Assembly (NCBI GenBank): GCA_013265495.1
Contig: MU058009.1
Coordinates: 3,801,780-3,865,779, forward strand
Direction of reading: 5' to 3'
From: Vicugna vicugna
Lineage: Eukaryota
Length of the DNA stretch: 64,000 bases
Shown in pieces: positions 48,716 through 60,014 of the stretch. A program made the position numbers and the translations under genes. The notes below the pieces were generated by a model. That model did no database searches. It worked only from the letters and a program-made list of their open reading frames with translations, and had not been told where the DNA came from. The first letter of the stretch is position 1; every line of letters starts with the position of its first letter.

Positions 48716-50229
48716 CTGGGGTCTGCGAGCTCGCAGGGTGGGGTGGGGACCAAGGTTCACGAGGAAGGCTGAGTCTGTGGCCCAGAAAGGTGCACACCTC
48801 GTTAACGTTTCAGTACTAGTGTCCCGATACAAAGCGTAGTTGGCCCAGCAGACCTGTGAGCATCCAAGGTCAAGGCGAGAGCAGGCCAGTTCCACTTGGG
48901 AACAAAGGGACTGTTCTCCTCCGAGGGAACAGACGCATTGCCTCAGGAGAACTGAGTGTCTGGCCGGGGAGGGTCTCTGTCACTGTGAAGGCTGCGACGA
49001 GGGCCCACCCAGAGAGGGCCCGGGACCGCGAGGAGGAGGATGGGCAGGAAGCCCGGGAAACAGCGCTGACCACACAGCTGCACGCAGCCCCGGGGGTTCT
49101 GTGCGGAGGCCCCGCTGTCCCGGGCTGAGGCTGTCGCAGATGCGGGTCACACCGGCGCAGTGACTTGCTTCCTTGCCGGAGCTGCAGAGGAAGCCTTCCC
49201 GGTTATGCGGACCTCCCACCTGCCCCGCAAGCCTGGATGAGACCACATGTGGTGGGTTTCCAATTACTCATGGACTCTGGGCTCCTTCCAGCCTATGGGT
49301 CTCTCTCCGGCTTGTTGGTCCTTTTCTGCAGCATTAGACGCGTAGTTACAGGTCCCCCCCATTACCCAACTTCTCTGAGCATCGATGTCCTCCTGTGATA
49401 AGTGAGCAGAACTCTTCTCTCTGTATCTGCTCTGAGGATGGAGCCCGCGTGTATGGTGGCAGTTAGCGCAGAGGATGGTGCAGATTAAAGCTAAATAAAT
49501 ATTAGTTTTCTCTCTTCCTTCACCTTTGTGTCTCGAACACGCTCACACGTGCACGCACACAGGGCCAGCCAGGAACCTTGTCAATAAATCTGCGCTGAGT
49601 CCAAGTTAACTTAGAGCATCGACATGGTGCAGAGGCTTTAGAGGACAGGCGCTCCTCGGGTGATGGAAAACAATAATAGTAAATCTTAAGGAATGTCACC
49701 TTGCCCCTGGCACTGAAGACAGGCACCTGAGACGTCAGCGGAACAGCCTTCAGTGTGCGGAGGACGGTGATGGCAGAGACGTGTGCCCCCGCAGGAGGGG
49801 GTGGGCTGGGGACCCGGGACTGGCCCTGAGTCGCCAACTCTGTACCCGTTGACTTCTCAGATTGATTGCAGGCTGAGGGCACAGGGCAGGACGGCAGTGC
49901 GTGGCACACACAGAGATCACAGTCGGTGACATCCTAGAATGGACCTGACAGCGTGGACACATGAGTCCGGGGCCGGGCAGACTGTACTCCCAAGTCCTGG
50001 AGCCGCCGGGAGCTACTACTGTCCCTGCAGGCGGGGTGGCAGTTCTGAGAGTTGTGCTGGGGTGGGGGCCACCACCTCCGTCTCATGCAGAGACGCCACC
50101 TTGGGCCGTTTCCACACTGGCTGGCTGCTCGCAGCCCTTAGCTCCTTCTGTGGTTTTGGAGAATGAGGAGCCTTCTGCTGTCTCTTCGGGTGTGATTCCC
50201 GGCTCTGTCTCTCTGAAGCGCCTGTGAGG

Positions 50230-50500
50230 TGTGTCTCGCTGCTTTTTCACATTTTTCATCTCTGCGTATCTGGAGGACTTCCTGGTTTACCTTCCATTTT
50301 GGTGATTTTATCTTTTCGGATAATGCTTAACCATTCATTGAAATTTAAAATTTTCATGACTTCATTTTTTATTTCCAAAAGCTCTTTAAGGCCTTACTTT
50401 TTTTTTATGTCTTAATTTCATATGTGTTTGATCCCTGCGTTTTAAAGCATTTTAAGCCGGATTATTCCATAGCCTCAATTTAGTTTTTTGATCACTGGAA
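50230..50500 (-). mobile_element. Old L1/HAL1-like fragment
   Basis: T-rich ttttcacatttttcatctct...ccattcattgaaatttaaaattttcatgac...tttatttccaaaagctct, typical of antisense ORF1-region relics. Confidence 0.5.
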
Positions 50501-51072
50501 GCTCACAGGGGCCTCACAGGATGTGGCTGTGTCCTCGTACGCTTGGTGACTTGAGGTCATGGGCGCACCCTCGGCAGGAGAGAGTGGGGACCGGAAAGCC
50601 CACTGTCCTTGGGCGAGACAGTGTTTCTCCCTCTGTGTTTGCCTTCGCGGGGTCCCCAGGAGTGAATCGGCCCAGGAAATAATGAGTCAGAACCCCAAAC
50701 CCATTTACAGTACAGGCCTGCAATGACAGAGTCCCTGGGGGGATGCGGCTGTCCAGAGCTGGCTCAGGACAGACAAGGTCCCTGGCTGTCCTCATGCTAA
50801 TTTTAGACTCTTTCCATAATCCAATATTTGGAGGCTCTCAAGGGCTCCAACCTTGCATCCAGCTCCTGACCTCAGTCTCCACGTTCCCTTGAGGACTTGG
50901 CCCCTTAGCTTCCATCACCACCAGCTGACTCTCCCCCTCCCCTGGGCCCGAGGCAGCTGAAGCCCCAGCTCACGCCCTGGCCACTCTACTTGAAGCCCCT
51001 CTGTTGTTGGTCCTTGGAGAATTCCTTTATTTCCTTGCAGTTCTCATCATGATTAGTGGCAGCCTCGTCATG

Positions 51073-51200
51073 GCCAACATTTGCTGAGTCCTCCTAACAT
51101 ACGCAAGTCCTGCTCTAACTGCTTTGTAAGAATTAGCTGGTTTGCCCTCGTGACAACACTGTGAGGTACAATTATCCCCATTTTACAGATGATCAAAGTG
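51073..51200 (-). mobile_element. MIR fragment
   Basis: aacatttgctgag...cctcgtgacaacactgtgaggtacaattatccccattttacagatga. Confidence 0.8.
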
Positions 51201-52378
51201 TCACTTTCTTTAAAGAACAAGTGCTCCCCACTGGGGAAAAAAGTCCTAAAGATTTAGGTGGTAATTTTATGGAAGAGGAGGAAGAATCAGATTCATAAAG
51301 AAAAATGATTTTCCAAGGTTTGCACAGTTCACACCAGAGTGAGAACCAGCACCCTCAGCCCAGAGCCACATCTCCCTGCTAAGAGTCTGTCTTCCTTTTC
51401 ATGAACTTCTACTCATTTCTTCCATTGTCGGCAGAAGCTGGAAATCCGAGAGGTTCGGCGTAGCATCCTCTACGTAAAGGTTGGCTTGGCCACCTTTTCA
51501 GGTCCCTCCGTGTTGCCGCTCATTTTTTTAACCAACCTTGGACCTGGGGAGATACCAAAAGGATTGTATTGACTGATCAAAAGGTTGTTATGGGGGTTGA
51601 CTGTTAAACTTTGTCTTCCATGAAGGGTGTTTATTACAAATCCAGAGAGATTTATAAATACAGATGGAACATCTTGAAATGAGAGGCGTTCAAGGGGATA
51701 CGGACTCCCTCCCTTAATGTGAGTTGCTTTGAAAAAAAATCTATCTGCTGAAATCAGTCTCTGGATTATGCTTTGAAATTATCTTTCTATTTCTATAGAG
51801 AATCATGGTTAAGGATGAAAAGCCACAGAGAAGCACAGCCCCCTCCCTCCCCTTTTAGTCGTGAAGGTTTCTCTCTCTCTGTTCATCGAGGTGGCTCGGC
51901 CTGACCACGAGACGGTGAGTCAGGAAGGTGGGGTGAGGCGTCACCGTGTGTGGGGCCCCCAGGTGCAGTGAGGTAGGAAAGAGAAGGAGGAGGCCTGAAT
52001 AGCTGCCCTTTGAGTCGAAGGAGCGGAATAGTCGGCAGAGCGGCCAAGGGACTTCACGTCTCGGGGCGGCTCGAGGGCCCTAGGCTGCCTTACGTGTCCA
52101 GCCGCTGGTAAGAAAGGAGAGCCCACGCAAGACCTTGTCCTTCCCGGGCTGAGGCGGATGCCAGCAGGGTCGTGAGACACCTCCAGCGTGGAAAGCTGTC
52201 TCCCTGCCTCTGTCCGCTCTCGTCACCCGCCTTGTTTCCCCCTGACCCAGACCCTCTGCTCCAGACAAGCCACCACAGGCCCAGCTTCCTGCCTCCCGGA
52301 GTCTGCCGGGACGTGTTGCACCTGAGGTCTCTTCCCCCAGCCCTCCACCTTCATTTGACAGCAAACCACGTATTCCAC

Positions 52379-52893
52379 TGTTGCAGCAAAGTGTGTTACA
52401 GCTCAGCTGTGACAGCAACCTGGATCCGGGCGAGAGACCCAGCAGCACTCGGAGGGTCGGAGAACTCAGGTTTATCACACCAGCGGGCCCAGAGGGGTTA
52501 ACACTCCAAGCTCTGGACCCCGTCTGCAGGTTTACACAGGCTTTTATAGGCTACCAGTCTAGACTTTGCAATATTTTGTAACATCTTATGCAAATAAGGT
52601 ATAACAAAGGTGACTAATTAGAAACAAGCTTTGTAGTAATGGACCAATCAGGAGTGAGGGAAATGGACCAATCAGGAGTGAGCTCCATGCAAATGAAGCA
52701 CCAGGACCAATCAGGAGTTAGCTCAGGGAACCAATAGAATCTTAGGGATAAGTTCCGCTTTCCTAGAAGTAAGCTGTTTCAGAGTTTAAAAAGCAAAATA
52801 ATGCTGCAGGGCCAGGGAACCAAATGGTGCTGGCAGGAAGGTAGTGGCCCTGCCTGGGGTCCTGCCGTCTTTTTCATGGGGCTTCCCACCTCA
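52379..52893 (-). mobile_element. ERV1-class solo LTR, 515 bp, 4-bp TSD CCAC
   Basis: TG...CA termini; CCAC at 52375-52378 and 52894-52897; minus-strand TATAAAAG (52541-52548); GATAAA at the expected poly(A)-signal position (52471-52476); repeated CCAAT boxes in U3. Confidence 0.85.
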
Positions 52894-52989
52894 CCACCTC
52901 CTTCATGATAGCAGACATTCACCCCCCTCAGAAAACCTGGGGTCGACCCGTCCCCACCTCTGCTACGCAGTAAGCTTCCAGCTGGCAGC

Positions 52990-53160
52990 ACGGTTCTCAG
53001 GAGGATGGGTAGAGGATTAACCAGGGAAACATACAAGAGAGGCTTTGGGGATGAAAATGGTCTTCACCTTGATTGTGGTGGTGGTTACACGGGTATGTCC
53101 AGTTGTCGAAATTTGTACACTTGAAACGTGTGTGAATTATACCTCAGCAAAGCTGACGGG
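52990..53160 (+). mobile_element. Old L1 (L1MC/ME-type) 3' end fragment
   Basis: tggggatgaaaatggtcttcaccttgattgtggtggtggttacacgggtatg...gtacactt...aattatacctca. Confidence 0.75.
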
Positions 53161-54465
53161 GAAAGAACCCTCCCATGTGGGACAAAGAGGGGCCCAGAGC
53201 ACTGCTGCTCTCGCGCGCTCCCTGAGCCTCATCCCGGAACAGAAGTGGGCTGGACTGTAGAGAAGATGCTGAGATGGACCATGACACACTTTCCAGGAAT
53301 ACATTTTTTAAAATGACAGTCTTCAAGCGCCTCTGATAGGTACCGTGCAGGTCCCGGGCCTATGAATAAAGCCGTCTCAGGAAGTCAGAAAAGTGGAAAG
53401 TTCTAATTCAGTGGACAGGTGCTCCGGCAGGTGAGAGCAGGGAACTAGGCAGGAAGTCAGACCCAGGCGAAGAGCACGGCAGGGTTTCTGCGGGAAGTCA
53501 TGTCGAGCCCTAGAGTTCAGGAGGGAACCCCCAGCATCCTGAGTCAACCACAAGGTACCAGGCAGGTGCGTGCATGTGTGTTGTGTGTGTGTGTGTTCAG
53601 CGTCTTGTACAGGCCCCAGCTCTGCGATGGACTTCACTGCATAGAAGCTGGACACCACATTTGGGGTGGAAGCTAATTGAGGGGTGGGAGGTGACCGGCG
53701 TACGATGGTGCTGGGCCCAAACTCGTGGTCATTCTGTTCAGGTGCCACCTGTGCCGTGTGCTGAACAGCTCTCCCTTTTCTCTAGGCATTTGGTTTTATC
53801 TCATTTGTTATTTCTGATTGTGTTCGTTACCATCCCAAGAATTATATTCCTTGGTCAGAGACCCAATGCATTATCACAAATATGGAGAGAGAGACTTCTC
53901 TCTTGCTGAAACTTCAGGAACTTTCTAATGGCCAGCCTTCATCCAGGTCCTCCAAGACAACGTGTGTCTCTCAAGGTGCTTCCTTCCTGAGGGTCTCCTC
54001 TCTAACCTGATTCCACGCTGCTTCCTTAGGAGGCCTCCTTTTCTCCCACGACTCCAGTTACCACCCGTGAGTTCAGAACGCCTAATGCTGTGTTGCTAGC
54101 CAACATCTCTCTTCTTAGTTCCAATTGACCCAATTGCTCACTGGGTCATGATAATCTTCTCAGCTCCAAGATGGCCCGGCTGTTTACTGGGCCGCACTCA
54201 TAACCAGCACTCCTGCGGCACTCACTCTGTGCCAGGCACCATTCTGCGCACTTCCCCGGACGGGCTCATTCGGTCTGTATGGCAGTCCGTTAACGACGTG
54301 CCACTACTGCAAAGCATCTTAGGCCCCTCAAACTCAGCGCGGCCACAGTGATGTCACAACCGTGCCCCTGAAACCTGCGCCGCGCCCTTCCACGTTTCAC
54401 ACCTCACCAGCTGACCTTATCTTCCCACCACACGTGAAACCTGGAAATCACCTTTGACCCTTTCC

Positions 54466-54665
54466 CTTTTTTCGTATTGGAGTCTAGTCAGTTTACAATG
54501 CTGTGTGAATTTCTGGTGTGCAGCACAGTGATTCAGTTATACATATATGTATTTATTTCTTTTCATAATCTTTTTCATTGTAGGCCATTACAAGGGATTG
54601 AATACAGTTCCCTGTGCTGTGCAGTAGGACCTCGCTGTCTGTCCATTTTACATCTGGTCGCTAGT
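54466..54665 (-). mobile_element. Short young L1 3' end with 19-bp TSD (1 mismatch), inserted in an L2 relic
   Basis: Same 3'UTR as the 17768 copy; atcacctttgaccctttcc (54447-54465) vs atcaccttggaccctttcc (54666-54684). Confidence 0.9.
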
Positions 54666-54741
54666 ATCACCTTGGACCCTTTCCATGCTCCATCTGTACT
54701 CAGCCACCACCCTTCCTCTCCTGCCCCGTTTTCTCTTGGGA

Positions 54742-55200
54742 GAGGCAGCACCGTGTAGTGACCAAGGTTTTGTTTTTGGAGCCAGGCTGTTTAGGTTTGA
54801 ATCTTGCTTCTGCCACTTGGCAGCTGCGAGTCCTCGTAGACGTGATGTAAACTCTCTGAGCCCCCGTTGCCTGGTGAGAATTAAGGAAGTGAAAATGCGT
54901 GAAGCATTTAGAACAGTGCTTGGACTACAGTCATGAAGTATCTCCTCCTCTGTCTCCGTTTGCACTTGGTGGACGGTGTTTATGCCACAAAGAACAGGGT
55001 ACATGGTGGCAGCCGGCCTGGGATTATGGCCTTTTCTGCTGCTCACCCAACGTGACTCGGTCAGGTTGGTTGATTCACTGGGCCCAGTTTCGTTATCTGC
55101 AAAATAACGTAACGGGTAATAGGGCCCGCCTGCAGGGCCACCGTGAGAATAAAGGAGGGAGCGTGTGTGGGGCCCCGGCACACGCCTGCCTAGGACGGAC
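54742..55200 (+). mobile_element. Two MIR fragments (~54742-54935, ~55020-55200)
   Basis: ggagccaggctgtttaggtttgaatcttgcttctgccact; ggcccagtttcgttatctgcaaaat...gtgagaataaa. Confidence 0.7.
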
Positions 55201-56229
55201 ACCCTCTGAGTGTTACTCCCCCCAGGCAGGGCTGTTTTCCGTCCTCATTCACTTCTAAACAGAAAATAATTTGCAGAGAAGCTCTGGGATGGAGGAGGGG
55301 GGAGCAGTCGGCAGATGCCAGCTTTCCCGACAGGGCGTCGGGGCCGCGGGGAAGGTTGTGCCGCTGACATCCCGTCCCTCCTGCTTTTTATCCTCCTGTT
55401 TGAGGAGCTGAGGATCCAGTGAGCTTGTAAATCACGACCTATGTTTCACCCGAGCACCGGCATCCAGGACTCACATTTCTGAAAAAGCGTAAGCACCCCT
55501 CTCCCTCCCACCTGCACAGCGGGGGCGCCGCCGAACGCCCTTCCAGGTCCTGAGTAACAGTGTGTCAGTGGGGCCTGGGGGAAGGAGGCCCTGCACAGAC
55601 ACAGGGTGTCCGCTCCCCGCTGGCTGCAGGGCCGGGCAAGCCACGGAGGCAGTGGGAGCTGGTCAGCTCCACCGTGTGTGGGGCCCAGTGTGAAACAAAG
55701 ACGCAGGCTGCTTGCTCCGAAGCCACTGAGCATCTTGGGGTGGCAGCAGCAGGGCTTGGGGCCACTTCAGGGCCCTTCTGAGCTTGGGCACCGGCCCATG
55801 TGGTGGCCCTGGTGGGGAGGACCCAGCCTCTTTCCCACGCGCTCCCAGTGGCCTCCCGTTAAATGCTTGTAAATAGCCCCCCGCCTTCTTCCTCAGCCCC
55901 AACTTCGTCTTTCCACTTTCTGCCCAAATCAAACGTCAGACCAGTACCTGAAGACACAGACCGACGTCAGAGCTCCGGTCCCTGCTTGCCCAGCGTCCGC
56001 CCAGCCTGCGAGCCTCGAGTCATCAGACTCTGTTCCTCCAGGGCCCTTCACTCCTTCTCTTTAGAAAAAGCCAAGGTGGTGACGATGAAGGCCTGTTGGT
56101 TTCCGAAAGTCAGCACCGAGTGGGTGCTGTTAGTTCCACACAAAGCGCTTTTAACCTGATTCTCCTACTAAGTCTTTAGAACTTTCCCGTCAGTAGCTAC
56201 TGCTTTAACTCCTCTTACGGATTCATTTC

Positions 56230-56315
56230 TAGATTTAGAAAGATTAAATGTCCTGCCCGAGGTCACAGTGAGTAAGTGGTGGAGCTGGGGTTAGAACCCG
56301 GCTCTCTGATTCCGC
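56230..56315 (-). mobile_element. MIR fragment
   Basis: tgcccgaggtcacagtgagtaagtggtggagctggggttagaaccc. Confidence 0.8.
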
Positions 56316-56574
56316 AGCAAGAGGAGCGCGTTCTCAGAGTCTGGAGAGATGTGTAAACGGACGGAATTAACAACAAGCAAAAAAAAAAAAAAAAAAAGGG
56401 AGAAACAAACTATTTTTAAAAATAAGTTTGAATTCTATTAAAATATCAACTTTTAGCTTTAGCCACAAAAACCCCCAAAGAGAACCGGGGTGGGGGTGGG
56501 GGAGGAACAGCCCTGCCTGTTTTAAGTCGTTGCGCAGAACTACAGCAACACAAGCCGTGGGGTTCTGGCTCACA

Positions 56575-57460
56575 CTTCAACAGACCGGTCTGTGTAACAG
56601 AATCAATTGCCCGGAGATACCTTTATGAAATAGAAGATTCCTGTGCATGAATATGACAATTTCAGAAATAAGTTAGGAAAGAAAGGCATGTTTGATAAGT
56701 GATGTAGATTTTTCTAATGGTGAAAAATCTATACAGAGCCAACTCCAAAATAAACGACATTACAGCTAAGAAAGTGAAAAACAACAGCAACTATTAATAA
56801 GTCCACACGTCCTTCTGTTCTCAAAAGCAGTGAGGTAAGAGAGACTGATGAATCTGGTAACATTAAAATCAAATCCTTCGGCACGTCAAGCATCACACAA
56901 TTAAAAAACAAACTGTCAACTTGGGTAAGTAGTTTTAACACGACAACAAACTGTTCATATTTTTAATCCGTAAAGCACTCGAAAGATCAATAAGAAAAAC
57001 ATGAATATTTCAAGAGCAAAATAAGCAGAGGATCTGAAGAGCCAGTGAAAAATATGTTCACGAACAAGAAAATAACAAAAACTTCAAATCACTTTTCAGC
57101 TATGAAATTCAAGCTCATGAAAGACTGAGACGCACCTTTTTTTGCCTTACAAACTGGCGAAGGCAGGGAAAACGCTTACTGCCTTAGCGGTAGTGTCCTC
57201 ACACAGGACTGTCGGGAAATTAAGCTGAAAAGCAGTTTGGCCGCGTGCAGCAATGGTGTTAAAATGCCTACGTCATTTTCCGCGGCGTTTCCATTGATGG
57301 GGTTGCATCCTAGGGCAGTTAAAAAAGAGCTAATAAGTGGTTTTCATAAAAGGCTATTTGTTGCAGAGTTCTGTAAGACAACAAAAGAGCAGGAGCGACC
57401 TAAATGCCCAGCCTCAGGGAAAGGGTTTTCTGTGCAGTAAATATGGTGCAAATGATGAAG
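56575..57460 (+). mobile_element. Old L1 (L1ME-type) ORF2 3' region
   Basis: A-rich; aacagaatcaattgcccggagata, cattaaaatcaaatccttc, tcaataagaaaaac, cctaaatgccca occur in L1 order. Confidence 0.65.
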
Positions 57461-57469
57461 CCGCATGTT

Positions 57470-58120
57470 TCTTTCATTCACCAAAAATTCTGTTGAGGAC
57501 CTTCTGTGTGTTAGGGATGATTCTGCACCCGGGGAACATACCAACGGGCCAAGCAACCGAAGTCCTTGTCCTCGGGGAGCTTACATTTTTGTGGGTGAAA
57601 ACAGATTTAAAAAGCAACCAACTAACTGAAGCAAATGCTGGAAGATGGTTAAGTGCTAAGAAGAAAAATGTAGATGGGTAGGTGATGGGGAGAGACAGAG
57701 CACGCGGTGGTGGGTTGCACTTTTGAAGTGGATTCACATTTGCAGACACAGACTACTGTATGTAAAGTGGATAAACAGCAAGGTCCTACAGTACAGCACA
57801 GGGAACTAGATTCATGCCTTGTAACGGCCTAGAGAATATGAGAAGGAACATACGTGTGTATAACTGAATCACTGTACGCCAGAAATTAATGCAACATTGG
57901 AAATCGACTCTACTTAAAAAATAAAAATGAAGTGGGTGGTCACAGCTGGTCTCACCGGGAAGGTGCTATTTGAACAAATGCACGAGGGTAATGCTGGAGG
58001 GAGCGTTGTGGACATTTGTGGGAAGAATTCCGCAGAGGGAAGAGGAGACCTGAGCCTGTGTGCCGGGTTCGGAAGACAGACTAAGGAAGACAGACCGGCT
58101 GGTCTGCAGAGTGAGGGGGT
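57470..58120 (-). mobile_element. L2 fragment interrupted by a young L1
   Basis: ttcattcaccaaaaattctgttgaggacc...gtccttgtcctcggggagcttaca...; resumes after 57935 with gggaaggtgctatttgaacaaa. Confidence 0.7.
57732..57927 (+). mobile_element. Short young L1 3' end with TSD tgaagtgg
   Basis: gataaacagcaaggtcctacagtacagcacagggaact...A-rich tail; tgaagtgg at 57724-57731 and 57928-57935. Confidence 0.85.
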
Positions 58121-58189
58121 GGGGGGCGCCAAGGACGGGGAGGCCAGGGGGTGGCGAGAGGGGCGCCGGCCTCAGAGCAGCGGCTCTTG

Positions 58190-58597
58190 CTGTTGGTTTG
58201 TTTCACTGCAGTTTAGTCTCTTTACACTATTCCGTGCGTTTCAGGCGCACGGCCGAGCGAGTCAGTGTCTTTGCCGACTGCCCGCCGTTACAGGTTGTCA
58301 CAAGGGAACAGGTGGAGCCGTCTGTGCTGTACGGTGCGTCCTCGTTGCTTGTCTGTTTCATACAGTACATCCTGCTTGTGCCTTCTAACCCCGCACCCCT
58401 AGTTTGTCCCTCCTACCTTCCCTCTCCGCTTTGGGAGCCGCAGGTTTGCTTTCTGCAGCACGGTGGGTGGAGCTGGAGACCACTGTGCTTGGTGAAGTGA
58501 GTCACACAGAGAAAGGCACATACTGTACCTGTCACTTGTGTGTGGAACCTGAAAAAACAATGCAAACGAGCGTGTGTGTAAACAGAGCAGGGATCGC
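58190..58597. mobile_element. Artiodactyl-type L1 3' end with 5' inversion (minus ~58190-58455, plus ~58456-58597)
   Basis: Minus segment resembles the 3'UTR of the 17768 copy; plus segment ggagctggagaccactgtgcttggtgaagtgagtcacacagagaaaggcacatac is the ORF2 end in sense orientation. Confidence 0.75.
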
Positions 58598-59087
58598 GCG
58601 CCCTGGGGAGGACCCCCTGCTTTTACTCTAGGTGCGTGGAAATCCCCTACGCCAGGTGCTTCAGCAAGACTCGCAGCGACGACATAAGCTTCCAGAGGAT
58701 TACGATGCCAGAGGGAAGGACGCTTATCAGACGCATGGTTATTTGGTGGGAACAGGCCACCCCCAGGACAGCGGCTTCACAGAGACAGAGTCCCATTGCC
58801 TGTCGCCTGCATTACACGTCTGTCATCTCCAAGGCTTGGTCTCCGTCGTGGCTCCAGTCAGCGCCGGTTCCCAGCCAGGCAGGAGGGAGGAAGGCTGGAA
58901 AGCAAGCAGGGTACCCCCTTTCTGTTTGTGTGCCGTGGGCTCCAACTTGTCACATGGCCACACCTGCTACCAGAAGCCTGGGACTGTGGTCTGGAAGGTC
59001 ACGGACGGATGCCCAGCTGAAACCGCAGGTGGGGAGAAGCGGCTCCTGTCCCTGAAAGGAGCGGAGGGGACGTCGTTTCCAGGAGGC

Positions 59088-59685
59088 TGGGTTAGCTCTA
59101 GAGCTGCCGGAACGAATTACCGCCCACGGCCTGACTCACAGCGGCAGGCGGGTCCTCCCCCAGCTCTGGGGGCCAGCAGGAGCCGGCAGGTCTGGTTCCT
59201 TCCGGAGGTTGTGAGGGGGATTCTGTTCCAGCCTCTCTCCTTCCTTCGGAGGGGGGCCAGCAATCCCCACTGTCCCTTGGCTGGTGGACACGAGACTCCA
59301 GTGTCTGCCACCATCCTCACATGACCTTCTCTCTGTGTCCTCACAGGCCCTCCCCTCCGTGTGCTTCCCCTGGTGCCTCTCTGTGTGGGCACATTTCCTC
59401 TTCTTACAGGGGCACCAGTCAGATCGCCTAGGAGTCACACTTATGGCCTCATTTGAATGTAGTCACCCCTTTAAAGGCCCGTCTGCAAATGCAGTTACAT
59501 TCCGGGGACCTGGGATTCGGGCTTTAACAGGAACCTCCTGGGCACACAGTTGAGCCCATAGCACTACGTCGTACCTGATTACATCCGAGAAGACCCCAGG
59601 TCCAAATAAGTGCGCACAAACGGGTACCGGGGTGAGGGCTTGAAAGTACCTTTCTGGGGGGGATCCAACTCTGAGCCCCACCACA
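59088..59685 (-). mobile_element. MLT1 (MaLR) LTR sequence, two nested or adjacent copies
   Basis: ggttccttccggaggttgtgagggg...tcttacaggggcaccagtca...acagttgagcccatagca, then a second terminus ...ccaaataag...gccccaccaca. Confidence 0.8.
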
Positions 59686-60014
59686 GGGGCTGTCGGAAGT
59701 TTCCAGCATATGATGGCAGCAGTAAATGCAGTTTTGTTCAAAGAATGAGGTCACTCTCGAGAAAGAGGAGGTGCAAAGAGGGAGGTGGCTACAGAATTCC
59801 TGTTCCTACGCACAGCAAGGCTGACCCAGGGAGGCCCTTAGTCACTCGCGTAATGAACCCAGGACGGTCCACAAAGGCAAGGTGGTCCACGGACACTGGG
59901 GCGCTCCAGACTGCAGGAGGCTGTGGGGCAAGCGGAAAGTCTTTTGTTTTTTGTTTGTTTGTTTTAGCATTTCAGACTGTCTCCTCCACCAGTCTTCGCT
60001 CTTTTTATATGCAT

